Shown here: positions 1-10,002 of the stretch, one piece after another
How the letters are laid out: each line of letters opens with the position of its first letter
Numbering within the stretch: the first letter of the stretch is position 1
Virus record (IMG/VR): IMGVR_UViG_3300042867_000770
From: an uncultured virus (IMG/VR IMGVR_UViG_3300042867_000770)
Taxonomy: Duplodnaviria; Heunggongvirae; Uroviricota; Caudoviricetes
DNA: 64,000 bases
Strand: one strand, 5' to 3'
Position numbers and translations under genes: made by a program
The notes under the pieces: generated by a model
Told to the model about the DNA's origin: nothing
What the model saw: only the letters and a program-made list of their open reading frames with translations
Database searches by the model: none

Positions 1-2
1 GT

Positions 3-1475
3 ACATTTAGTTTTGAAGGATATATTTCTGACTATGGTCCATCAACATATTCACCGCCAGCACCTGTGATCATAAGTAGTTTGTATGAAACTGCAACAAA
101 TACTATACCATATAGTTATCAAATTTTAGCTACAAATTATCCACTGATTTATAGTGCATCCAATTTACCAACTGGTCTTTCATTGAACAATTATACTGGG
201 TTGATTTCTGGAACTCCATCCGCCGTTGCAAATACATACTATGTTCAGCTATTTGCTGCAAACTATGATGCAACCGGAAGTGCGTTTATGACCATGTCGT
301 TGGCACCTGCGCCAACGCCGACGCCTACACCGACGCCTACAGCGACGCCGACGCCGACGCCTACAGCAACGCCTACACCGACAGCAACCAGCGTTGGACC
401 GACAGCAACGCCTACGCCTACACCAACGGCAACCAGCGTTGGACCAACAGCAACACCGACACCAACGCCAACGGCAACCAGCGTTGGACCAACAGCAACA
501 CCGATGCCAATTCCGACGGCAACCAGCGTTGGACCAACAGCAACACCAACACCAACGCCAACGGCAACGCCAATTCCTACCCCAACGGCTACATCACTGA
601 CACCATTCGTAGATGTTGGATTTATAATAGAATCATCTCCTGGTAGATTTGATGTGCATTCTTCGGCATATGCATACTCACAAACATTTAGTTCACATAC
701 AATACAATTGAAGTCCGCCGCATCGGAAGCCGGTCTTGCCGGTGCGGGATATGTTACAATTGGAACAAATGTCGCTCCTCCGAGTAATGTAGGCGCAAAC
801 AGCGATTACTTGCTTGTTACAAATGCTCAATCTGGAATAGTAGCAACTCCTCCATATTGGATCAGAGCCAGAGCAAGCGTTACAACTAATACTGGAACTT
901 ATCTAAGTGCAGAACAAACTTACAATTTTGGGACCGGTGCACCAACGCCGACACCGACACCGACGCCGACGCCGACCCCAACGGCAACACCGCAACCAAC
1001 ACCAACGCCAACGGCAACACCGCAGCCGACACCAACGCCAACGGCAACTGAACCAGCGCCAACGCCAACGGCAACTGAACCAGCGCCAACGCCAACGGCA
1101 ACTGAACCAGCGCCAACGCCAACGGCAACTGAACCAGCGCCAACGCCAACTGAACCAGAACCAACGCCAACTGAACCAGAACCAACGCCAACTGAACCAG
1201 AACCAACGCCAACAGCAATACCGTGTCACGAACAAACTTGGGTTTGGTCGCAAACGAAGGTGTATGACGACAGCGACCCGGAGAATCCTGTATACTCGTA
1301 TAGTAATTATAGTATCAATACTGGAGTATATACTAGGTGCGATGGAGCATCCGAAAGTTATGTTGTCGGACCCGTTGTTGGTACTGAAGACGATGCGAGT
1401 TATTTGACAACGGGCGGAGCAAATGCCCACACCGCATGTGTGCGGGGCGCTGGCTCGCCATCTTGCGTAGGATAA
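3..1475 (+). CDS. 5'-truncated putative virion surface protein: putative Ig (He_PIG-like) domain plus mucin-like Pro/Thr repeats
   Basis: Frame is open from position 3 ([22 protein letters not shown]) into the ORF track call at 66. [18 protein letters not shown] is typical of He_PIG Ig repeats. Long PTPT/TEPAP tracts and a Cys-containing C-terminus. Confidence 0.7.
   Translation, partial: TFSFEGYISDYGPSTYSPPAPVIISSLYETATNTIPYSYQILATNYPLIYSASNLPTGLSLNNYTGLISGTPSAVANTYYVQLFAANYDATGSAFMTMSLAPAPTPTPTPTPTATPTPTPTATPTPTATSVGPTATPTPTPTATSVGPTATPTPTPTATSVGPTATPMPIPTATSVGPTATPTPTPTATPIPTPTATSLTPFVDVGFIIESSPGRFDVHSSAYAYSQTFSSHTIQLKSAASEAGLAGAGYVTIGTNVAPPSNVGANSDYLLVTNAQSGIVATPPYWIRARASVTTNTGTYLSAEQTYNFGTGAPTPTPTPTPTPTPTATPQPTPTPTATPQPTPTPTATEPAPTPTATEPAPTPTATEPAPTPTATEPAPTPTEPEPTPTEPEPTPTEPEPTPTAIPCHEQTWVWSQTKVYDDSDPENPVYSYSNYSINTGVYTRCDGASESYVVGPVVGTEDDASYLTTGGANAHTACVRGAGSPSCVG
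305..595 (+). repeat. Coding tandem repeat, about 48-nt unit ([15 protein letters not shown])
   Basis: gcaaccagcgttggacc recurs at 48-nt spacing four times within a PT tract. Confidence 0.9.
938..1215 (+). repeat. Coding tandem repeats ([10 protein letters not shown] 24-nt, TEPEPTP 21-nt units)
   Basis: Repeated actgaaccagcgccaacgccaacggca and actgaaccagaaccaacgcca units. Confidence 0.9.
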
Positions 1476-1477
1476 TT

Positions 1478-1687
1478 ATGAAAACACTGGAACATACATC
1501 CGAAGTGATTAGACCGGCTTTAATATCGCTATCAACTAAAAATACAAAAATGGACCTTATCAGAGATGGTATTCGATATAAAATATGCGGAGGCTTATGT
1601 ACAGGAATTTCCGAAATACGCCTACTAACTTCCGTTAAATCACCATATCTGATTATCTGCGACACGGATATTATAGAATATTATTAA
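1478..1687 (+). CDS. Small hypothetical protein (69 aa)
   Basis: ATG 2 nt after the stop of the upstream gene, in frame with ORF 1436..1687. Confidence 0.5.
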   Translation: MKTLEHTSEVIRPALISLSTKNTKMDLIRDGIRYKICGGLCTGISEIRLLTSVKSPYLIICDTDIIEYY

Positions 1688-1762
1688 ACAATTGCCAATG
1701 GGAAAAATTGTTTAATATTTTTTATAATTTGTATATATACAAGTAAAGGTTATAAATGTTAT

Positions 1763-3046
1763 ATGCTCAAAGATAAAATATTCATTCAAATTGCATCATA
1801 TCGCGATCCGCAACTTGTCGCAACAATAAAAGACTGCATAGCAAATGCAAAACATCCAGAAAATTTAGTATTTTGCATTGCATGGCAACACGCTCCCGAA
1901 GAAAATATTGATGAAATAAAGTCTTTGTCAAATATAAAAATAATTGATATTGATTACAAACAAAGTAAGGGAGCTTGTTGGGCAAGAAATCAAATTCAAC
2001 AAAGATACAATGATGAAGAATATACTCTACAGCTTGATTCACATCACAGGTTTGTAAAAGATTGGGACGAGTTGGTTATTGGAATGTATAAACAACTACA
2101 AGAAAGGGGATATGCCAAGCCATTATTAACTTCGTATATTCCATCATTTGATCCAGACAATGATCCGGCTGGTAGAACACAAGTTCCATGGAGAATGGAT
2201 TTTGATAGATTCATACCAGAAGGTGCAGTATTTTTTCTTCCTGCTTCTATTCCGGATTGGAAAAACAAAACAGAACCAGTGCCATCCAGATTTTATTCTG
2301 CACACTTTGCTTTTACAACTGGTCAATTTTGCAAAGAAGTACAACACGATCCAGAATATTATTTTCACGGAGAAGAAATTAGTATAGCAGTTCGTGCATA
2401 CACACATGGATATGATTTATTTCATCCACACAAGATAATTGCATGGCACGAATATACACGCAAAGGAAGAACCAAACATTGGGACGATCATTCTGGTGCA
2501 AAAAGAGAAGAAATTGTTGATAAAAAAGATTGGGGTCAACGAAATTCCGAGTGTCATAAAAGAAATAGAGTATTATTTTCCATGGATGGTGAAAATCATA
2601 ATACCATTGATTGGGCAATATACGGATTTGGAAAAGTGAGAACTTTGAGAGAATATGAAAAATATTCAGGTCTTAAATTTTCAAACAGAGCCGTTCAACA
2701 ATATACATTGGATAAAAAATATCCGCCCAATCCACAAATTTTTGAAACCGAAGAAGAATGGGAAAAATCATTTTCTAGTATATTCAAACATTGCATCGAC
2801 ATTCAAACATCACAAGTTCCATTGGATGATTACGATTTTTGGTGCGTAGCATTTGAAAAAAACGAAGAAACTATATATCGCAAAGATTGTGATGAAAATG
2901 AAGTCAAACAACTAAAAAATGCTGGCGAAAATTCTTACATCAAGATTTGGCGAGAATTTGATTGTGAAAAAAAACCAGATAAATGGGTTGTATGGCCATA
3001 TAGTAAGTCAAAAGGTTGGTGCGATAAAATAACGGGAAAATTGTAA
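1763..3046 (+). CDS. GT60-like (Gnt1/Skp1-type) polypeptide N-acetylglucosaminyltransferase with extra C-terminal domain
   Basis: IFIQIASYRD, GACWAR, LQLDSHHRF, FHGEE and HEY motifs characteristic of the GlcNAc/GT60 family. Confidence 0.8.
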   Translation: MLKDKIFIQIASYRDPQLVATIKDCIANAKHPENLVFCIAWQHAPEENIDEIKSLSNIKIIDIDYKQSKGACWARNQIQQRYNDEEYTLQLDSHHRFVKDWDELVIGMYKQLQERGYAKPLLTSYIPSFDPDNDPAGRTQVPWRMDFDRFIPEGAVFFLPASIPDWKNKTEPVPSRFYSAHFAFTTGQFCKEVQHDPEYYFHGEEISIAVRAYTHGYDLFHPHKIIAWHEYTRKGRTKHWDDHSGAKREEIVDKKDWGQRNSECHKRNRVLFSMDGENHNTIDWAIYGFGKVRTLREYEKYSGLKFSNRAVQQYTLDKKYPPNPQIFETEEEWEKSFSSIFKHCIDIQTSQVPLDDYDFWCVAFEKNEETIYRKDCDENEVKQLKNAGENSYIKIWREFDCEKKPDKWVVWPYSKSKGWCDKITGKL

Positions 3047-3049
3047 CTT

Positions 3050-3616
3050 ATGAAATTGGTGGTGGTTATATGTCATTTCAAAGAGAACTTAGATTGGGTG
3101 AAAGATATCAAACACCCATATCTTGTGTATAACAAGAATCCTAAACAAAATGACAAATTTGAGTTCAATATGCCAAATGAAGGATATGATACAGGAGCAT
3201 ATTTGAATTACATAATAAACAATTATAACAATCTTCCAAATTTTGTATGTTTTTCTCAAGACAATCCGTTTGCTCATTGCAGCAATTTTTTGGATTTGGT
3301 CAATGGTTTTGATTTTGAAACTGAGTTTTTGCCTTTAGGAACCACATATATCAGAGACAATTATCAAATACTATCGTCTACAATAAAATATGCAGAAGAA
3401 AATGGAATACAATATACTATTCCAATAAAATTTACAAGTGGATGTCAATACATAGTGTCAAAAACTATGATATTGAAAAACCCGTGTGAATTTTATGAAA
3501 AAATTTTGAAAACCGTAATGTTGGGAAAGGTTATAACTCATGTAAATTATACATTGGAATATCTGTTTCCAACAATATTTCACTTTAACTCCGATTTAAA
3601 AACTACATACAAATGA
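3050..3616 (+). CDS. DUF3431-like glycosyltransferase-associated protein
   Basis: VVICHFKENLDW, PNEG..YLNYIINNYNNLP..FSQDNPFAH and LE pattern. Confidence 0.7.
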   Translation: MKLVVVICHFKENLDWVKDIKHPYLVYNKNPKQNDKFEFNMPNEGYDTGAYLNYIINNYNNLPNFVCFSQDNPFAHCSNFLDLVNGFDFETEFLPLGTTYIRDNYQILSSTIKYAEENGIQYTIPIKFTSGCQYIVSKTMILKNPCEFYEKILKTVMLGKVITHVNYTLEYLFPTIFHFNSDLKTTYK

Positions 3617-4428
3617 AGACTTCTTTGATAGGACTATCAAACAACGTAACAAATAACATTGAAAAAATAAAACTTTGGTCAAACAGTTTTAGGAAATACT
3701 GTGATGGTGACGTTGTTCTTTTGTGTGCAAATTCAACCACACAAGACTTGAAATCTTGTGAAAATTTGGGAATAAAGCCCGTTGAGGTTGTTGTAAAAGA
3801 TACTTGGTTTATAAACCATGAAAGACTGAAGCACACCGCTGATTATTTGACATCGTCTAATACCGATTTGTTTATTGCAACCGATGTATTTGATGTAGTG
3901 TTTCAGGGAAATCCATTTGATAATCTTGATACTTCTAATTATGATCTGTTTGTTAGCGGAGAAGGAGTGAATGTTGGAGAAGAACCGTGGAACTCCGACA
4001 ACATCAACAAGATTTTTCCGGAGAGTTTCCAAGAATGCAAAAAAACGGAAGTAATAAACTCCGGTATCATTGCAGGAAAAAGAGAGGCATTGTGTAACCT
4101 TCTGTCAAGAATGTATCAACTGTGTGAAACTGGTTCCAGTGCGCATAACATCAAAGACCAAGCTGCCCTCATTGTGATGGTGACAAAGAATCAAATAGAC
4201 AACTTGAAAATTTTCAATTTGGACGACGGCTGGGCAATGCACTGCGCAGTTTCGGGTCCAACTCAATTCTTTGAATCTTGGGGATTTAAACACAAAATAA
4301 AATATGGAATTCCGGAAATGATGGACGGTTATGTGGTAAACAAGTTCGGAAAAAAGTATGATATGGTTCATCAATTCAACAGAGTACCAGAATGGCACGA
4401 GATTATAAAGAAAGTAAACAACCTATGA
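3613..4428 (+). CDS. Putative GT-A fold glycosyltransferase
   Basis: TDVFDVVFQGNPF (DxxD), INSGIIAG, DQAAL and HQFNR motifs; lies in a GT cluster. Confidence 0.6.
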   Translation: MKTSLIGLSNNVTNNIEKIKLWSNSFRKYCDGDVVLLCANSTTQDLKSCENLGIKPVEVVVKDTWFINHERLKHTADYLTSSNTDLFIATDVFDVVFQGNPFDNLDTSNYDLFVSGEGVNVGEEPWNSDNINKIFPESFQECKKTEVINSGIIAGKREALCNLLSRMYQLCETGSSAHNIKDQAALIVMVTKNQIDNLKIFNLDDGWAMHCAVSGPTQFFESWGFKHKIKYGIPEMMDGYVVNKFGKKYDMVHQFNRVPEWHEIIKKVNNL

Positions 4429-5207
4429 ATGATACTGCCGTAGTGCTTTGCACATACCCAAAGACTTTTTCAGGAGACTGGTACAATAATATCTTTACAT
4501 TTCGTGATCAAAAATTTCCCATTTTTGAATTGGCGTTTGATAACCAGACTGCAATGACTTCCGATGAAGTAAGTGCAAAATACCAAGGAATTCCTGTCAC
4601 ACTCTTTGATGATGCATTTTTTGCAGAGCACAATTTCAACAGACCTATCAGCCATATGCATAGATGGGGTAATCACCAAAATCCAAAATATTTTTATGCA
4701 CATTTTAGAATGCTTGCATATTATATAAAAAATCCAAACTATAAATACTATTGGTTTTTTGATGACGATGTGAGTTTTGATGGAAACCTAAAACAGATTC
4801 TTGGTGACTATGAAGCATACGATGATGATTTTACTGCAATACAAGTATTCCAAAAAGAACAGTATATTGGATTTGATAGAATAAGTGTTTCCAACAATAG
4901 AATGGGCTCTGCTGGCAATTGGTTGGGATTTGCACCGGGTCCCGGTGATAATTACAAATCAACAGATAAGCATATGGGATCTTTCTTCCCAATCGTAAGA
5001 TATTCAAATAAATCCTTGGCATATTTGCTTGAATTAAATAAGCAGGGATTCTTTGGATACTCGGAAGGATTTGTTCCTACTTCGCTGGCAAGTGCTGGGT
5101 TTAGCGTATCCAGTATGCTATCGGAACACGATAAATATTTTATAAAAACAAACGCAAATTGTATTTTAAAACATAAACGAGCATTATTTACTTGGTCATG
5201 GATATAA
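4425..5207 (+). CDS. Putative glycosyltransferase
   Basis: YKYYWFFDDDV DxD motif, FFPIVRYS and SEGFVPT. ATGA overlap with the upstream stop supports a start at 4425. Confidence 0.55.
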   Translation: MNDTAVVLCTYPKTFSGDWYNNIFTFRDQKFPIFELAFDNQTAMTSDEVSAKYQGIPVTLFDDAFFAEHNFNRPISHMHRWGNHQNPKYFYAHFRMLAYYIKNPNYKYYWFFDDDVSFDGNLKQILGDYEAYDDDFTAIQVFQKEQYIGFDRISVSNNRMGSAGNWLGFAPGPGDNYKSTDKHMGSFFPIVRYSNKSLAYLLELNKQGFFGYSEGFVPTSLASAGFSVSSMLSEHDKYFIKTNANCILKHKRALFTWSWI

Positions 5208-6310
5208 CATTTTGTACATTTTATTTTGATATAGACAGAAAAAATTGGGACGCTTTTACTGTGTCTAATGAAATGTATATGCACTGGTTTGATAATTTAC
5301 TATCGCTTGATATAAATTTATACATCCTGACCGAGAGAAAATTTGTTGATAGGATACTGAAAACGAGAGTAAAAATAGACCCAGATCTCAGCAAAACCAT
5401 AATAAAAGAGACGACAATAGATCAATTACCATCATATAAAATTTTTAATGATAAATTGGAAAAATTGATGTACTCCGACGAATTCCAAATGGCGGTACAT
5501 CATAAGCACGTTCCCGAGATGACAAAACCTTTGTATAATGTGCTGATGTTCAATAAGGTAAATTATTTACAACAAGTGTCAGAAATAAATCCATTCAACA
5601 CCGAATATTTTGGTTGGGTTGACGCCGGTTTTATCCGAGGAGCAAATGAAATTGAGAATATTAAGAAATGGCCAGACCCATGTAAATTGATGCTTCGCAA
5701 TGACAAAATAAAATTCTTTTGTATAAATGACAATATAAAAAATCACACGATAGATATAAAGCTGCATGTTATGTCTCAAATGAGATTGTTGAAAGGAACC
5801 ATATTCTTTTTGCACAGAGATTTGATTTCTCCATTGCAAGAAGAATTTTGCCGACAGGTTAAATATGTTCTGGACCAAGGGTATGTTGGTAGTGACGAGA
5901 AAATTTTCGATTTGTGTTGTCTCAACAAACCCGATTGGTTTGATTTATACAAATGCAATTGGAGAGAAGAATTGAAACTTTTTTCATATGAATATAATAA
6001 ACCACCAGAACCAGTTTTAAAAACCGAAAGTAAAACAGAATATACCGTGGAAGTTGAATGGACCGAATGTGATATAGAATTGTGCAACGATTTTAAATTT
6101 TTGTTTTTTTGTATAGAGGATGATAAGCACGAATCTATATACAGAGAAGATTTACAAGTAGATTCGCTGGAAACATACGAAAAATTTAAAAATTATAAAA
6201 AAACATATAAGATTGTATCCGATAGAAAACCCACAAACTTTGTTATATGGCCGGTATCAAAATCAAAAGGCTTTTTGAAATATGTAAACAAGCCGGTTCT
6301 TTTATTGTGA
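5198..6310 (+). CDS. HtrL/YibB (WlaTC)-like glycosyltransferase with extra C-terminal domain
   Basis: TFCTFYFDIDR, YNVLMFNK, NPFNTEYFGWVDAG and SDEKI motifs. Confidence 0.7.
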   Translation: MDITFCTFYFDIDRKNWDAFTVSNEMYMHWFDNLLSLDINLYILTERKFVDRILKTRVKIDPDLSKTIIKETTIDQLPSYKIFNDKLEKLMYSDEFQMAVHHKHVPEMTKPLYNVLMFNKVNYLQQVSEINPFNTEYFGWVDAGFIRGANEIENIKKWPDPCKLMLRNDKIKFFCINDNIKNHTIDIKLHVMSQMRLLKGTIFFLHRDLISPLQEEFCRQVKYVLDQGYVGSDEKIFDLCCLNKPDWFDLYKCNWREELKLFSYEYNKPPEPVLKTESKTEYTVEVEWTECDIELCNDFKFLFFCIEDDKHESIYREDLQVDSLETYEKFKNYKKTYKIVSDRKPTNFVIWPVSKSKGFLKYVNKPVLLL

Positions 6311-6488
6311 TTGAGGCAATCTCCTGATACATGTAGTCTCATGTGTGTGACAAAATGATACACATAAAATATGTATTTTTTATTTCTTACGAGGTAAACA
6401 GTGTGACAAAATATTTGGCACGAAACATGATAATGTATATATGTCGGTGTTCATAATGAAGCCGATATAAATAAAGGATACAATAAAT

Positions 6489-6935
6489 ATGTCACTAACT
6501 AAATACACACGGGATGAGTTTCTCACCCCTTTTGATAGATTGTTTGATGAAGTTTTCAATAACTTCGGAGTAACACCATATATAGGTTCATATACAAAAA
6601 CCAGTTTTCCAAAAGTGGATGTGGTTGAATATATAGATAAACTTGTGCTGGAAGCAGATGTTGCTGGACTAGACAAAGAAGATGTGAGTGTTGAACTAGA
6701 AGGCGATACTCTAACCATTCGTGGTGGAAAGAAGCCAGCATCAACTGAAACAGACAATGGTGCTCGTTATGTTTATAGAGAAATAAAGCGTTCAAGTTTT
6801 GTTCGTTCTTTTGCTGTTGGCGAAGGTATTGATAAAAGTAAAATAAAGGTTGATTATCAAAATGGAGCAATCAAGATTATATTGCCCAGAATTAAAATTG
6901 AAGAACAAAAGCCACAAAAAGTCAAATTGCTATAA
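6489..6935 (+). CDS. Small heat shock protein, Hsp20/alpha-crystallin family
   Basis: PKVDVVE, VAGLDKEDVSVELEGDTLTIRG, REIKRSSFVRSF and NGAIKIILP. Confidence 0.93.
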   Translation: MSLTKYTRDEFLTPFDRLFDEVFNNFGVTPYIGSYTKTSFPKVDVVEYIDKLVLEADVAGLDKEDVSVELEGDTLTIRGGKKPASTETDNGARYVYREIKRSSFVRSFAVGEGIDKSKIKVDYQNGAIKIILPRIKIEEQKPQKVKLL

Positions 6936-7056
6936 GATAAGTGTTGACAATTGATATATTGTCATACATTATATCATTTGTAAAGGTTATATAAAGTTCC
7001 AGTTCTTATGATAATTGGATGGTGGAGGGTGATATTGAGTTCAATCGCCCCTAATT

Positions 7057-7085
7057 CAGCCTCACAGAAATGTGAGGCTGTTTTT
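7057..7085 (+). terminator. Rho-independent terminator
   Basis: cagcctcaca-gaaa-tgtgaggctg perfect 10-bp stem followed by a T-tract. Confidence 0.85.
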
Positions 7086-7163
7086 ATATATAACTTTATA
7101 ATAAGTCATCGCAATGGTCAGTAATGTTGATATTTATATGTTCAGATAAATTATATATACAAC

Positions 7164-8684
7164 ATGAGAATTTTAGCATATTCAGTATTATTGAGTGCAA
7201 TTGTTATATCTGCGTGCGGTGCTTATTTTAGCATCGTTGGTTTGAAACTGCTGTTTGTTGGTGGCGGCATATCCATTATAATAATGGGAAGTGCTCTTGA
7301 AATTGGTAAACTTATCACTGCCACATTTCTCAAACAAAAATGGAACGACATAGGGTTGTGGATGAAAACATACATGACATTGGCTACATTTTTTCTTATG
7401 TTTATAACATCAATTGGTATATATGGATATTTAAGTGCGGGATATACTACCACATCCATTGCTGTACAAGGCTATGAACGTCAAATAGAAGCAAATATAA
7501 CCAATATCAATGAAATGGATAAAGAGATAGCATCATTGAAGACATCAACTTATAATGAAGCAGAAATACGATCTATTGAAGACAACAGAAAGAAAATAAT
7601 TGAACAGCGTACTTTGCTTATAAATCAAAAGAGTCAGCAAACAGAAACTATAAGAAAATCAACTGACACAAACAAAGATGCTTCGGCTGATATAATATCG
7701 GCAAAACAAGCATTGGAACTTTCTAAATCATCTACAGATTCTGATATTGGCAGAGAACTTGAACAAATAAAACTGTATAATTCACGACTTGAGATATTGG
7801 ACAAAGAAGTACAAAAATGGATAGACCAAGGCAGTGGAAACATATTCAAAAAAGGTGGCTTGGACAAAGCGCGAGAAATCAAACAATCACAACAAAAAGA
7901 ACGTGATGACATTGATACTCAAATAAAATCTTCACAAGACAGAATAGAAAAACTTCGTCAGCAATATGCTGGTCAAGTAAAAGAATATAATGATCGTGTG
8001 GTAGCAATTGAATCTCGCGGCAAATCTCAAAGAAGTGAAATAGATACAAATATAAAGAATGTTGAAAAAGAAAGTGCTGAAATTGCGGCATCTATAACAG
8101 CATACAACAAAGAAACAGACGAAAAGATTGCTACATTAAACACCAAAAAAGGTGAAATGACTGAACAAAGTAAGCAAAAGATAACTGAATATCAAAATAA
8201 TATACAAGCGTTACGAGCACAAAACACTGATACACAGCAAAAAATTGTGAACACAGATGTAGGCACATTCAAATTTATTGCTAAAAGTCTAAACATTCCA
8301 TTGGACGATGCAGTTAATTATTTTATTTGGACCATTATTGCTGTGTTTGATCCATTGGCAATATGTTTAATTTTGGCGTTTAATACATTGATTGGGACAG
8401 GTGAAAAATCAAAAAATAAACAACAACCAAAGATTGTGACAGAGCCAGAACCAACGCCAACATCCACGCCGACGCCGACAACTGCACCAACGTCCACACC
8501 AGAACCAACACCAACGTCCGACGCAGTTGCAGAAGATGTTTTGGTCAATGAATCTGTTGTGGTTGATGTTGTTGTATCACCAGAATCAATTTCGCCAGAC
8601 GGCACGCTCAGAACATCGCTGCCACCGGCACCAATCAATCCACATGGCATATCAAGTGGCAAAGTTAAAATGCACAAAGAATAA
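7164..8684 (+). CDS. Membrane protein with three N-terminal TM segments, long coiled coil, C-terminal TM and PT-rich tail
   Basis: Hydrophobic N-terminus (AYFSIVGL..ALEIGKL..GIYGYLS), heptad-rich centre, VFDPLAICLILA. Confidence 0.7.
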   Translation: MRILAYSVLLSAIVISACGAYFSIVGLKLLFVGGGISIIIMGSALEIGKLITATFLKQKWNDIGLWMKTYMTLATFFLMFITSIGIYGYLSAGYTTTSIAVQGYERQIEANITNINEMDKEIASLKTSTYNEAEIRSIEDNRKKIIEQRTLLINQKSQQTETIRKSTDTNKDASADIISAKQALELSKSSTDSDIGRELEQIKLYNSRLEILDKEVQKWIDQGSGNIFKKGGLDKAREIKQSQQKERDDIDTQIKSSQDRIEKLRQQYAGQVKEYNDRVVAIESRGKSQRSEIDTNIKNVEKESAEIAASITAYNKETDEKIATLNTKKGEMTEQSKQKITEYQNNIQALRAQNTDTQQKIVNTDVGTFKFIAKSLNIPLDDAVNYFIWTIIAVFDPLAICLILAFNTLIGTGEKSKNKQQPKIVTEPEPTPTSTPTPTTAPTSTPEPTPTSDAVAEDVLVNESVVVDVVVSPESISPDGTLRTSLPPAPINPHGISSGKVKMHKE

Positions 8685-8768
8685 TTCTTTACATTTTGTT
8701 TATTATGTATTGACAATATAAACATTTAGCATATATATGTGAATTGTATATACGACCATTCACAAAAT

Positions 8769-9383
8769 ATGAGTTACAAAATTGTCAAAAATAAAGATAT
8801 TCTACACAAAAAAACCGAACCAGTATCAACAATACAAGAAGGTGAAGAAATAGCCAAGAAACTGATTGAGGCTTTGGATACACTTTCACATGGTATTGGT
8901 CTTTCTGCCATACAAATAGGAATACCCAAGGCGGTATCAATTGTAAGAGTTCGTAAAGATAATCCGCCTATTATTCTAATGAACCCAACAATTGTTGAGG
9001 CAAGTAAAGAAAAACTCATATTCACCGAAGGTTGTTTGAGTTTGCCCGGCAAGCTTACCAACACAGTTCGTTCACTGAAGGTCACGGTGTCCACTCTCAA
9101 TCATGCCAATCCTCTTTCATTTGGACCAGATACAGACCCCATCACCCAAGAATCTGTGGGCAAGGATTTGGGTTTGCTAGAAAGTATATGTATCCAGCAT
9201 GAAACAGATCATACCAACGGAGTGTTGATGATTGATGAAGGCATTCGTTTTGTTCCAACGGTCGATAAAAAAGTGAAACATGGAAGAAATGATAAAGTTA
9301 TGGTGGAAAAATCCGGAGAAACTCAATATATAAAATACAAGAAGGCTTTGGAACTCGTGGAGCAAGGCTGGAAAATTCTATAA
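8769..9383 (+). CDS. def: Peptide deformylase
   Basis: All three motifs present: GIGLSAIQIG, EGCLS, QHETDHTNG. Confidence 0.93.
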   Translation: MSYKIVKNKDILHKKTEPVSTIQEGEEIAKKLIEALDTLSHGIGLSAIQIGIPKAVSIVRVRKDNPPIILMNPTIVEASKEKLIFTEGCLSLPGKLTNTVRSLKVTVSTLNHANPLSFGPDTDPITQESVGKDLGLLESICIQHETDHTNGVLMIDEGIRFVPTVDKKVKHGRNDKVMVEKSGETQYIKYKKALELVEQGWKIL

Positions 9384-9384
9384 T

Positions 9385-9537
9385 ATGAACATAAACATTG
9401 ATAACCTTGAAGAAATAAAAGAACTGCTTGAACATGCACTTGAACGACATAGTTGGCCAGCCGTTGAAGATGCTCTAACAATACTAAAAGAAGAACTTGG
9501 TTATGAAGCCGAGGAACTTGAAGAAGACGAGGAATAA
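9385..9537 (+). CDS. Small acidic hypothetical protein (50 aa, below ORF-track cutoff)
   Basis: MNINIDNLEEIKELLEHALERHSWPAVEDALTILKEELGYEAEELEEDEE fills the gap between def and the next gene. Confidence 0.6.
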   Translation: MNINIDNLEEIKELLEHALERHSWPAVEDALTILKEELGYEAEELEEDEE

Positions 9538-9540
9538 TTT

Positions 9541-9792
9541 ATGTGGATAACAATATTAATGGTTTTATTTTTCATATCAACATGTGCGTTGGGATATGCA
9601 TGCTACAACATGCTAAAAAAGATTGAAGTACACGAAGAATGGATTGAATATTTTAGGGGTGAGGTTGTGCAAGTTAAAAAGCGACTCAAGATGGTGGATG
9701 ACAAACAATTATTTTCAAACGATGACGATGTTGGTTTTGTTTTCTCCGAAATTCAACGGGTTATAAATGAATTTGACGAAAAAATAAAATAA
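9541..9792 (+). CDS. Small membrane-anchored hypothetical protein
   Basis: N-terminal hydrophobic helix and a DDDVGFVF motif. Confidence 0.65.
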   Translation: MWITILMVLFFISTCALGYACYNMLKKIEVHEEWIEYFRGEVVQVKKRLKMVDDKQLFSNDDDVGFVFSEIQRVINEFDEKIK

Positions 9793-9831
9793 ATTTTTGT
9801 GATTTTTTTGTGATTTTTATTAAACTTTTTT

Positions 9832-9839
9832 ATATTTAT
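9832..9839 (+). promoter_or_regulatory. Representative ATATTTAT box (putative phage late promoter)
   Basis: The same box occurs upstream of about 19 genes; positions are listed in findings. Confidence 0.6.
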
Positions 9840-9843
9840 TGAT

Positions 9844-10002
9844 ATGGGAAGAAAACCATTAAATATAACGAAGGATCAAAAACGTGAAAGACACAACGAA
9901 CAACGAATGCAAAGTTATTGGAAACACGCCGTCAAAGAACGAGCCAATAATCTCGCGAGATATCACACAAAAAAAGATAGGGATATACGGATTGAAAAAT
10001 AA
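9844..10002 (+). CDS. Small basic protein (52 aa) overlapping the GIY-YIG gene
   Basis: MGRKPLNITKDQKRERHNEQRMQSYWKHAVKERANNLARYHTKKDRDIRIEK. Paralog at 29344. Preceded by the ATATTTAT box. Confidence 0.65.
   Translation: MGRKPLNITKDQKRERHNEQRMQSYWKHAVKERANNLARYHTKKDRDIRIEK

Noticed and set aside
305..1215. Possible CRISPR array or non-coding repeat
   Set aside because: Units are multiples of 3, lack unique spacers and encode in-frame PT tracts.
394..1430. Alternative-frame and antisense ORFs (QRQR, LALV, WRW rich)
   Set aside because: Shadows of the PT repeats.
6416..6431. Sigma54 promoter before hsp20
   Set aside because: TGGCACG is present, but the -12 element reads ATGAT rather than TTGC.
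9844..10002. Frameshifted pseudogene or sequencing error in the GIY-YIG gene
   Set aside because: The same two-frame arrangement and 40-nt offset occur in a diverged second copy.
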